A stretch of 41,505 nucleotides of DNA. It comes from Candidatus Bathyarchaeia archaeon. Its GTDB lineage: Archaea > Thermoproteota > Bathyarchaeia > Bathyarchaeales > Bathycorpusculaceae. Shown in pieces: positions 1-7,365 of this stretch. The stretch lies in the NCBI GenBank assembly GCA_049969855.1, contig JBMFOB010000012.1, positions 1-41,505 of the forward strand, given 5' to 3'. A model generated the notes under the pieces. The model did no database searches and was not told the DNA's origin. It saw only the letters and a list, made by a program, of their open reading frames with translations. A program made the position numbers and the translations under genes. Numbering within the stretch: the stretch's first letter is position 1; each line of letters opens with the position of its first letter.

Positions 1-213
1 GTAGATCACCACAATGTAGTCAGACACTTCACCATGTAACCTTTTTAAAGCGTGGAAAGCTCCTGTCGGGTCAAAGTATAACTCGTCTGGATTGGCTACA
101 GTGTCCAAAACGAGGGAAAATTTGTTTTCCAGTTCTGGATGCCTTAAAACTATGTGTTTCCATCTTTCTTCTGTGAGCAAAACTTTAGTTCCGTCAGACG
201 CTTTTACACTCAT
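1..213 (-). CDS. Partial (3' end outside the window) BECR/RelE-like nuclease-toxin-family small protein
   Basis: Read by hand: MSVKASDGTKVLLTEERWKHIVLRHPELENKFSLVLDTVANPDELYFDPTGAFHALKRLHGEVSDYIVVIY..., open to base 1. The LTxERWxHIxxRHPEL pattern resembles archaeal PBECR2/DUF4258-like toxins. Alternative TTG start at 222. Confidence 0.6.
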   Translation of the reverse strand, partial: MSVKASDGTKVLLTEERWKHIVLRHPELENKFSLVLDTVANPDELYFDPTGAFHALKRLHGEVSDYIVVIY

Positions 214-319
214 TAGCAGCAACCTTGAAAACAAGAAAATGTGAACTGCATTTAAAATTTGCTCGTTTTAGCACAAAATGGTTTGGATGGTTTTTATGTT
301 ATCGTATTGCAGGTCGATT

Positions 320-1624
320 TTATGCTGTTTTCCTTATGAGTATTTTGCCTGATGGGAGGACTGCTTGGACATCCCATCCTTTGGCTAAGTAGCGTTCAAG
401 CTCTTTTTCGTCTACAATCTTTTTTGGGTCGCTGTATGAGTTTTCCTTCAGCTTATAACTTTCTAGACTTAGCTTCCTTATTTCTTCCATGGCTTCGTCT
501 ACTGTGGTGTATTTGGCTAATGCTTCTTCGACACTTTTAATCTTCTCTTCTGGGAAGCCGAGCAGACGGACCATGTCTAATATTTGTCTCTTTCTAAACT
601 GTTCTGTGGATGTTGTTTGTGGGAAGAAGATGATTTGCGAATACTTTTTCCTAAGCTCTTCAACTTTACTATAGTCGTAGTAGGCGTCTTGACTGCCTGG
701 TAGTATGTGTCCCATCAGAAATTCCTGGTCTTTGATGTCTAATCCGGCGTTTCTAAGGGCTGATTCAAAGGCTTTCCTTAAACAGTGGGGGTAAACGTCC
801 ATCCAACGTTTTATTCCAGCCTTTTTCGCAGCTTTTTTAACCATGGCTTCAAGACTTTTTTTCATTACTGGTGTGCGTCTTCGGATGTCCGCTTTGATGT
901 ATTTGCTTTCAGCTATAAAGAGGGGTTCATTGTCCGCTATGCCTCCATATATTTTCTTCCTTTCCTCAAGATATTGGCGCAGCGTTTGGACGGCTTCTCT
1001 TGAAATGAACGAGTAGTATGGTATGTTGCCCTTGCAGGCTCCTGGATCAACCTTCTTCATTTCAGGATAAACTGGAACTTTAATTATTTCTAAACCAGCT
1101 TCCAATTCATCTTTAATGTCCCTATAAAGGAGTGCCCGGAGGCTGGAGTTTCTAAGTCCGCTTGTGTAGAGGCATAGGATTAAAGCCTTGTTTCGCAGGC
1201 TCCCAGATGCGAGAGCCATGGCGTAGATCTCGTCGGCTGTAGGGATATATTCGCTTCTTTTTCTATATCTGGAAGGCTGATGGTGCCTTTCAACCTCAAC
1301 TTCCCTATTGCCTTTGAAACCGTTAACCCTGAAGAAAGTTTTAAGATAAGCCAAAGAAACGTTCACATAGCGGACACTGAAACCCTTCTCAGCCAAGCCG
1401 TCAACATAATCCTGCAAAAGCTTAGAAGCCTCCTTCGGAGAAAGCCTAACAAGCTCATCTGGACTCTTGCCGGCAAAATCGCAGAAAGACTTCAAAGTTA
1501 CACAAATGTTCTCGCGAGTTTTAAGGCTCCTAGACTTACGCGCATAATGCCTAAGAAACAAGTTAACGCCCTCATAATCACTTCCCCAATCCCTAACCTT
1601 AAGAAAACCCTCCCAACTTTTCAA
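320..1624 (-). CDS. Tyrosine recombinase / site-specific integrase
   Basis: Catalytic motifs LYTSGLR, HCLRK, LMGH and YY, plus an N-terminal core-binding region. Start moved from 1711 to TTG 1624 because it follows GGTGG and a TTTATAAA box at about 1656-1663. Confidence 0.92.
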   Translation of the reverse strand: MKSWEGFLKVRDWGSDYEGVNLFLRHYARKSRSLKTRENICVTLKSFCDFAGKSPDELVRLSPKEASKLLQDYVDGLAEKGFSVRYVNVSLAYLKTFFRVNGFKGNREVEVERHHQPSRYRKRSEYIPTADEIYAMALASGSLRNKALILCLYTSGLRNSSLRALLYRDIKDELEAGLEIIKVPVYPEMKKVDPGACKGNIPYYSFISREAVQTLRQYLEERKKIYGGIADNEPLFIAESKYIKADIRRRTPVMKKSLEAMVKKAAKKAGIKRWMDVYPHCLRKAFESALRNAGLDIKDQEFLMGHILPGSQDAYYDYSKVEELRKKYSQIIFFPQTTSTEQFRKRQILDMVRLLGFPEEKIKSVEEALAKYTTVDEAMEEIRKLSLESYKLKENSYSDPKKIVDEKELERYLAKGWDVQAVLPSGKILIRKTA

Positions 1625-1691
1625 CTTACCACCCAATAAGAATAAGCCTTTGCAGTTTATAAATGTTAGGGTAACCATCCAAAGGGAACTA

Positions 1692-1714
1692 TACCAGGCT
1701 AGGGCAGCCACCCC
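1692..1714 (-). repeat. tRNA 5'-end fragment (acceptor strand plus D-arm), candidate att site
   Basis: Minus strand GGGGTGGC-TG-CCCT-AGCCTGGTA fits tRNA positions ~1-21 (U8, D-loop AGCCTGG). No anticodon arm or T arm follows. Confidence 0.55.
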
Positions 1715-2025
1715 GCAATGATACCCTTAAATCTTTTATTTTTCAGATTTCTGGTCATTGAATTGTTTACGTGCTATTTTTGTTTTTCTTCTATAGCTTT
1801 GCTATTGCTCTATTATTGTTTCTGCCAATGTTCCTCATAATTTTTAATGGCGTCAGCTTTGTCCTCTGCTGGGAAAACGTAAGTTTGGCAAAATTGTTTG
1901 TGGATAAATGGATGGGGGGCGCAAGTTTTCTCGCCTTGTCGAAGAGAAGGGAGAAGGGAGAAATTTGTGTGAATTTCCTACTTGCACCCAAGTTTAATTA
2001 GTTGGTTTTTGTATAGAAAAAGTTT

Positions 2026-2042
2026 ATGAAACATTGTTTCAT
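2026..2042. promoter_or_regulatory. Perfect palindrome, candidate transcription-factor site
   Basis: ATGAAACA-T-TGTTTCAT in AT-rich intergenic DNA upstream of the 2144 ORF. Confidence 0.4.
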
Positions 2043-2143
2043 GGTTTGGTCGGATTCAGAATCTTAGTTTATGATACATCAGAAAGGGAAACATCCTTTA
2101 AAACCTAAAAATTAAATTTAGATGGCGTTAAGAGGGTTGAAAA

Positions 2144-2305
2144 TTGAAAAAGAAAAAGGCAATAATAACGGTTGAGTTGGTCGCTGAAAGCGTTGCTGAA
2201 GATGATGGAAAAATAGTAAGGGAATTGTTTGACTGGTTCAGAGAAGATGCGATTTGTGTTCCTTGGGTGAAGAATGTTAAAGACATAGTTGTGAAGGAAA
2301 ATTGA
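2144..2305 (+). CDS. Small hypothetical protein, 53 aa (not in ORF track)
   Basis: TTG start after GAGGG; MKKKKAIITVELVAESVAEDDGKIVRELFDWFREDAICVPWVKNVKDIVVKEN has a protein-like beta-alpha-beta pattern. Confidence 0.7.
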   Translation: MKKKKAIITVELVAESVAEDDGKIVRELFDWFREDAICVPWVKNVKDIVVKEN

Positions 2306-2307
2306 AG

Positions 2308-2424
2308 CTAGAACCTAAGATAATGGGTCAAAAGATAGCCGATAGAAGCGAAAGTCATAAAGCATAATATCAATAGAAACTTCTCTTTCTTTTCAAATTC
2401 AACATTATTTTCTAGGCTACTCAT
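2308..2424 (-). CDS. Small single-pass membrane protein, 38 aa (not in ORF track)
   Basis: MSSLENNVEFEKKEKFLLILCFMTFASIGYLLTHYLRF; AGGCGAG RBS-like motif upstream; abuts the convergent 53-aa ORF. Confidence 0.5.
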   Translation of the reverse strand: MSSLENNVEFEKKEKFLLILCFMTFASIGYLLTHYLRF

Positions 2425-2550
2425 AAATTACTCGCCTTTGCTTTGAGCTTTTTGAGACGTTTTAAGGAAAGATTTTATGAAATCAGAATAAGTATTTCAA
2501 ATTCTATAGCAAAGATTATGAGAGTTAGAGAATTAAAAATAGGATTGGAA

Positions 2551-2624
2551 GGGCCTGTGGTCTAGTTGGTTAGGACGTCGCCCTCACGCGGCGAAGGTCC
2601 CCGGTTCGAATCCGGGCAGGCCCA
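2551..2624 (+). tRNA. tRNA-Val(CAC)
   Basis: Acceptor GGGCCTG/CAGGCCC, anticodon arm TCGCC-CT-CAC-GC-GGCGA, T loop TTCGAAT; no intron; CCA not encoded. Confidence 0.97.
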
Positions 2625-2638
2625 TTTTAAAATTTGGT

Positions 2639-2935
2639 TTAGTGGAAGAAGTATTCGGTTTTTTCTTCCTCTTGAGGTTCGGAGATTAGTGGGCGTTCTT
2701 GTTTCTTTTCTTGTTCCTTTATTCTTTTTTCGAGTTCTGTGATTTTGGATTCCAGTTGCTCCACAGAGTCATGTTTGACTTTGAGGTTTTCTTCTAGTTC
2801 TTGAATGGCGAGTCTTTCTTGCATTATTCTTGCTTTTTCCTCTAATGTTCTTTCTTTTTCTTCTAGGGAGTGGAGTTGGAACTCTAGTTCTGCCCTTTTC
2901 TTTTGTAAATCTTCAAGTTCATGCCAAGCGCTCAA
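2639..2935 (-). CDS. Hypothetical coiled-coil protein
   Basis: E/K/L-rich heptads; GGTGA RBS before the TTG start. Confidence 0.75.
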   Translation of the reverse strand: MSAWHELEDLQKKRAELEFQLHSLEEKERTLEEKARIMQERLAIQELEENLKVKHDSVEQLESKITELEKRIKEQEKKQERPLISEPQEEEKTEYFFH

Positions 2936-3136
2936 ACTATGTTCACCGAAAATTCCATATTGTTAAGGAAATAATAAGGTTGTGAAGGCAGAATCTGTAT
3001 CGAGAATTATAAGGTGGAAGTTGGATTTTAGTTAAATTTACGCTTCATGTGTGCTTGTGTCTTTTTGTTGAAAGTGTACGCAAAAAGATTTATTAAATAT
3101 CAATATTTGATATACATATGCCTTGAGGGCTCAAAA

Positions 3137-3499
3137 ATGGAAAAAAGCTTAACTTCATTGAAGTTGGGGGATGAAAACCAAACATTGTTTAGATGCAGCG
3201 GATGCAACGGAACATTTCAGAAGCCGATTTTGGCAACAGTCAATTCTCACGGGCATGTTCAAACATATTATGCGTGTCCACGTTGCCTTGCAAAAGTTGC
3301 TGAAGTAAAGGATTCTAGAGATAAAGAAAACGAGGAGGTTTCGCCTTCTATAGAAAAAATCAAAAAGGCTGAAGTTAAACATGAAAATGTTGTTGAGTGC
3401 AAGCATTTTCTTGGATATTTAAAGAAGCGTCCAAAGGGCACTTCGATTCCAGATGAGTGTTTGGTATGTGACAAGATGGTTGAGTGTCTCATTCATTAA
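3137..3499 (+). CDS. Hypothetical protein with two Cys-rich (likely Zn-binding) modules
   Basis: CSGC...CPRC ribbon and C-terminal CKHFLGYL...IPDECLVC...C. Start moved to ATG 3137 after GAGG. Confidence 0.8.
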   Translation: MEKSLTSLKLGDENQTLFRCSGCNGTFQKPILATVNSHGHVQTYYACPRCLAKVAEVKDSRDKENEEVSPSIEKIKKAEVKHENVVECKHFLGYLKKRPKGTSIPDECLVCDKMVECLIH

Positions 3500-3544
3500 A
3501 CATAAATAGTTTGTAAGAATTTTACTCAGTTCAGTGAATGCCGT

Positions 3545-4258
3545 GTGCTTCCGCTTAGAGATTTAAATAAGTCTTTGACAACTCCCCACGTGAACCGCCT
3601 AATTCTAATTGCAAACGTCGTCATTTTTACGGTATATTGGCTTTCAAGCAACAACATTTTTTTGAATTATCAATTTGCAGATGAGATGGAGCAGAGGTTT
3701 GTGATGGTTCCAAACGAAATTGTTCATGGGCAGCGGCTTTACACGCTTTTTACTTCCATGTTTATGCATGCTGGATGGCTTCATTTGTTGGGCAATATGC
3801 TTTTTCTTTATGTTTTTGGAGACAATGTAGAGGATGTTTTTGGTCATGTTGGTTATATATGCTTCTATTTGCTTTCTGGGTTGGCTGCAGCATTCGCCCA
3901 TATTTCAAGCATTGTCTTTGCACCTGTGATAAGCGATTTAACGGGTATACCCATGTTTTCTGATTTAAGTGTGGGTGTTGTGGGTGCTTCTGGAGCAATT
4001 TCTGGAGTTTTAGGCGCATATTTTGTGCTTTATCCACGGGCTAAGATTTTGACTTTGGTTTTTTATGCTATTTTGCCTTTGCCTGCCTTTGTTTTTTTGG
4101 GTTTCTGGTTTGTGTTGCAGTGGTTTTATGGAATTTTTGATATAGCTGGCGGGGTTGCTTATTGGGCGCATGTTGGCGGTTTTGTTGCAGGAATGTTTTT
4201 GGCTTTAATTTTTGGATTAAAAAGGAAGAAGGCTAGGGAAGCCCGTTTACGTTTATAG
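3545..4258 (+). CDS. Rhomboid-family intramembrane serine protease
   Basis: HxxxxHLLGNM, GASG (catalytic Ser), AHVGGF (catalytic His). Confidence 0.95.
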   Translation: MLPLRDLNKSLTTPHVNRLILIANVVIFTVYWLSSNNIFLNYQFADEMEQRFVMVPNEIVHGQRLYTLFTSMFMHAGWLHLLGNMLFLYVFGDNVEDVFGHVGYICFYLLSGLAAAFAHISSIVFAPVISDLTGIPMFSDLSVGVVGASGAISGVLGAYFVLYPRAKILTLVFYAILPLPAFVFLGFWFVLQWFYGIFDIAGGVAYWAHVGGFVAGMFLALIFGLKRKKAREARLRL

Positions 4259-4268
4259 CGTAGAGGTT

Positions 4269-4336
4269 TTGGGGTCTGTCCGTCATGAGTTCCTCATCTG
4301 CATAAATCAGACTGGGACGGCTACATCATCCCCCAA
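4269..4336 (-). ncRNA. Box C/D methylation-guide sRNA candidate
   Basis: Minus strand: TTGGGG-G-[C: ATGATG]-TAGCCGTCCCAGT-[D': CTGA]-TTTATGCAG-[C': ATGAGGA]-ACTCATGACGGA-[D: CAGA]-CCCCAA, closed by a 6-bp terminal stem. Confidence 0.8.
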
Positions 4337-4367
4337 GGTATAAACTGAAAACTGTCAAATAAGCTTT

Positions 4368-4697
4368 CTATGAAGGCATATTTTCCAATTTCTTGTAGAG
4401 TGCTTTTATTGTCCCAGAAACCGTTAACACATGGATGGCTGCTGGTTTATTTCCAATTTTTGTTATGGAGGCTAAGGCTGTTCTAACAATTTTAACGGCT
4501 GTATGTGTAGTGCGTATTATGGCAAAACCTTTTTCCATATCATAATCAATTAAGGCTAAGCCTGTTTGGCTTGCGCCATATTCTCCATAAAGTTTTGAAA
4601 CTGCACTCCAAACAGTGTCCATAAAATCTTTTGAGCTAAAAGTTCCATCGGAATCTATTTTTAAGGCTAAGTAACGCCTTTTAACTTTTTTCAACAA
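4368..4697 (-). CDS. rnp2: RNase P protein component 2 (Pop5/Rpp14)
   Basis: KRRYLA...VSGTIK motifs; follows rnp3. Confidence 0.92.
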   Translation of the reverse strand: MLKKVKRRYLALKIDSDGTFSSKDFMDTVWSAVSKLYGEYGASQTGLALIDYDMEKGFAIIRTTHTAVKIVRTALASITKIGNKPAAIHVLTVSGTIKALYKKLENMPS

Positions 4698-5425
4698 TCC
4701 TTCCCCTTGCGGATTATCTTTATTCCAGGCGCAACAAACCTTGGGCTGAGATTTTCTCTGTTCCTTTTAACGATTTGCATTGGATTTTTTGAAACAGCGT
4801 TTATTGCTGAAACTTCATCCAAGTCGAAAAGTGCAGCCAAAGCAGCCATATCCCTTGGCTTTCGCATGAGGAATTTTTCTGAAACTCCGCTTGAGATGAC
4901 TATTGGAACATGAAATTTTTGAGCAGTTGCCGTTTCTCTCCGTAAACTTGAAAGAAGCCTAACCCTTGCTGGACCCTCTAAGGCGAGGAGCGGTTTTATG
5001 TCAATTTCAAAGGAAGCCAAAGCTTTTGAAGCCAATTCAGCCTCTGCGGCGTCAAAGAATCTTCCATGTGGATTGATGGATGAAAAGTTTAGGAGGTCTA
5101 CACGGCGGTCTTTTGCTGCTTGCCTTGCCACAGTTTTGGATTCACATATTACAGCAATTATTTCGAATTTTCTCCTAAGTTTTCTCAGATTGTAAATTAG
5201 CTCCTTTGGAGTTCTTGGTTTTAAATCCACTCTAGAAGCCAAATCTATTTTGGATTCTCTGCTGATGTTTCGTATTTTGCCGATTTCTTCTTCCTTTGCG
5301 TTTAGTGGGAAAGTTATGGTTATAAGATGATATCCAAGCGTTGAAGCTTTTCTTATCATGCTGGAAACTTGTTCCAAGTCTCTAAGGTTTGGACATAAAT
5401 GTAGGTCAGCATAAATTTTTTTCAT
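4691..5425 (-). CDS. rnp3: RNase P protein component 3 (Rpp30)
   Basis: PHP-like DLH start, ISSG...MRKPRD; ATGA overlap with the upstream stop sets the start at 5425. Confidence 0.92.
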   Translation of the reverse strand: MKKIYADLHLCPNLRDLEQVSSMIRKASTLGYHLITITFPLNAKEEEIGKIRNISRESKIDLASRVDLKPRTPKELIYNLRKLRRKFEIIAVICESKTVARQAAKDRRVDLLNFSSINPHGRFFDAAEAELASKALASFEIDIKPLLALEGPARVRLLSSLRRETATAQKFHVPIVISSGVSEKFLMRKPRDMAALAALFDLDEVSAINAVSKNPMQIVKRNRENLSPRFVAPGIKIIRKGKDC

Positions 5426-5880
5426 GGGAGCAACCCGAATTTTCTGCAAATTTCCACTATTTCCTCTGGGTTATGCTTTTGGAAGTGTATTCTGAAGTGG
5501 ATGGGGTCTGTTGTGCATAGTTTAACTTCATTTAGGTATGCTGATTGTTTATCAAGCCTAATGTATAGGTTTCCTCCATCCAAATGCTGCCTAATCTCAT
5601 TTCTTAACAATTCTTTATCTAACGGGCTTAAGCTGGAGGCTAATTTTTCAAAAACTGCTTGAACGGCGTTTTTCTCTTTAACCCTTGCTTCTAAAAGGGT
5701 TATGGGGTTTCCATGGTGTCCAGTTAAATTTGTTTTTTTAAATGTAATTGTGTCAGCCAATTCCGCTGGAAGAGTGTTGCGAACTGCAGTTAAAATTTTG
5801 TCCACTTCCTCTGTGGCGTGGGCAAAGACCCGTATATCAATGTATCCTATTGGAATTTTAGAAGACAAAACCTTCATCAC
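5422..5880 (-). CDS. RNA-binding domain protein (predicted exosome-associated, COG1325/DUF54-like)
   Basis: HATE, GHHGNPI and LYIRLDKQ motifs; usual position between rpl15e and rnp3. Exact start uncertain. Confidence 0.85.
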   Translation of the reverse strand: MMKVLSSKIPIGYIDIRVFAHATEEVDKILTAVRNTLPAELADTITFKKTNLTGHHGNPITLLEARVKEKNAVQAVFEKLASSLSPLDKELLRNEIRQHLDGGNLYIRLDKQSAYLNEVKLCTTDPIHFRIHFQKHNPEEIVEICRKFGLLP

Positions 5881-5899
5881 TGCATCTTATTAAAGCAGT

Positions 5900-6133
5900 T
5901 TAACTTTTAGATTTTCCCTTAGATTTAGGCTTAGCTTTCTCTTTTTCCATGAAAGCCTTAACAGCTTCAACGTTTTCGTTGTGGATAGTTCTTCGCCTAA
6001 AGTCCACTGGAATGCCAAACTTTAAGGCTTCTTTTAGGTTTATTCCAGCCTTTTTCAGTTCTTCGCGGCTGAAACCTTTTCCGCAGCGTTGTTTTCCGTC
6101 TTTCTTGAAAACTTTCGGTTTGAGAGTCATCAT
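5900..6133 (-). CDS. rpl13e: 50S ribosomal protein L13e (short archaeal form)
   Basis: RxGKGFSxEELKKAG...IPVDxRRRT...NVE. Confidence 0.9.
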   Translation of the reverse strand: MMTLKPKVFKKDGKQRCGKGFSREELKKAGINLKEALKFGIPVDFRRRTIHNENVEAVKAFMEKEKAKPKSKGKSKS

Positions 6134-6138
6134 GAATG

Positions 6139-6717
6139 TTACTTTTCTCCTTTAGCGGCTTTTTTGCTTGGTCTAAGTTTTTCTGCGCCCCATCCTTTTC
6201 TTCTTAGGCCTCTAACTTTTTTGCCTGCGCTTGTTAAGCCTCTGAAAACTCTTCTTTTGTGCTGTTTTTGGCTTATCCAGTTAATGTCTTTGTCAGCTGT
6301 GATTGCTGGGTGGTTGGGGTCAACCATTATGATTTCGAACCATTTTGAGCGACCGTCTTCGCCTACCCAGTAAGAGTTTAAAACTTCAAGGTTTGGAAAT
6401 TTTCTTGCCGCTCTTTCCTCGGCAATTAATCGCATGCTTTTGGCTGGTTTAAACTTTTTAACACCCATGCGTTTGGGTCTTCTTCCAGCCTTAGGCCTCT
6501 GCTTTCTTAATCCTCCTCTTCTAACGCGAACACGAACTATGATGAACCCTTGTTTTGCTTTGTAACCCAATTTTCTGGCTCTGTCAAGCCTCGTTGGCTT
6601 TTCCACGCGAGTTATTGTTGGTTGTCTGCGCCATTCTATTAGCCTTTGGCGCATTAACTCATCTACGAAGGATTTTTCAGGTTTCGCCCATGCTTCGGCA
6701 ATATATTTATACGCCAT
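6139..6717 (-). CDS. rpl15e: 50S ribosomal protein L15e
   Basis: [31 protein letters not shown]; ATG 6717 after GAGGTGA. Confidence 0.98.
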   Translation of the reverse strand: MAYKYIAEAWAKPEKSFVDELMRQRLIEWRRQPTITRVEKPTRLDRARKLGYKAKQGFIIVRVRVRRGGLRKQRPKAGRRPKRMGVKKFKPAKSMRLIAEERAARKFPNLEVLNSYWVGEDGRSKWFEIIMVDPNHPAITADKDINWISQKQHKRRVFRGLTSAGKKVRGLRRKGWGAEKLRPSKKAAKGEK

Positions 6718-6741
6718 ATTTTCACCTCTCAATTAGTTTAT

Positions 6742-6792
6742 GGTTCAGCCTTTTGTAGGCTACATCCCAGCGGACGATTTATCCGCCAGTGC
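6742..6792 (-). promoter_or_regulatory. Structured 5' leader of rpl15e (ribosomal-protein leader candidate)
   Basis: Two hairpins, CUGGCGGAU/GUCCGCUGG and AGCCU/AGGCU (the second flanked by GGAUGU and GAACC), between a TTTATTT box (~6820) and the RBS. Confidence 0.65.
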
Positions 6793-6897
6793 TTCTGTTT
6801 GATAGCACTTTCGCGTGAAATAAACTTTTCCAATAAAATATTAAGGCTTAGCTTAAAACATGTGGTTATCTGCAAAATAAAATTTGGAAAATGGAAA

Positions 6898-7365
6898 CTA
6901 TTTTTTGTGGGTTACTGCTTTTCCTTCTTCCAGTTCCTTTACACGGGTTTCTATGAATTCTGTGACTTTCTCTTGGCTATACTTTTTCTCTTCTTCCTGC
7001 TTCTTCAGTTGCTCCTTAATTGTTGCCAGAACTTTGTCCATGTCAAAAGGTTTCACTATGTAGGCGTCTGCTCCTTGGTTTACCGCTTCTATAGCGTTCT
7101 GTATTGAAGGATAACCAGTGATGATTATTTTCCGCATTTTTGGCACTGTGTCTTTGATTCTTTTCAGAAGTTTAATACCCTCCATGTCTGGAAGTTTAAC
7201 GTCTATTAAAGCTAAGTTGTAGAATTTTCTGTAGGATTTTCTGATTGCTTCCTTTCCGTTGGCAGCCGTGTCGGCGCTGTATCCTTCATCTTCCAGTATG
7301 GTTTTTAGGACTTTTCTTATGTCTTCGTCGTCGTCAACGATGAGGATTCTGGCGCGTTTATCCAT
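6898..7365 (-). CDS. Response regulator (REC domain with short helical tail)
   Basis: ILIVDDD, LIDVKLPDMEG (phospho-Asp), IITG, KPF. Confidence 0.95.
   Translation of the reverse strand: MDKRARILIVDDDEDIRKVLKTILEDEGYSADTAANGKEAIRKSYRKFYNLALIDVKLPDMEGIKLLKRIKDTVPKMRKIIITGYPSIQNAIEAVNQGADAYIVKPFDMDKVLATIKEQLKKQEEEKKYSQEKVTEFIETRVKELEEGKAVTHKK

Larger units (their letters stand above)
1..1714. mobile_element. Right end of a putative integrated element extending beyond the left edge of the window
   Basis: Integrase, toxin-like gene, and a tRNA 5' fragment just upstream of the integrase promoter. Confidence 0.55.

Noticed and set aside
1771-2001. Overlapping 76-aa (+) and 66-aa (-) ORFs
   Set aside because: Low-complexity T-rich sequence, no convincing RBS or motifs.
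2551-2624. tRNA-Val as the integrase target
   Set aside because: No duplicate of its sequence is seen in the window, and the fragment next to the integrase does not match it; cannot be fully excluded.
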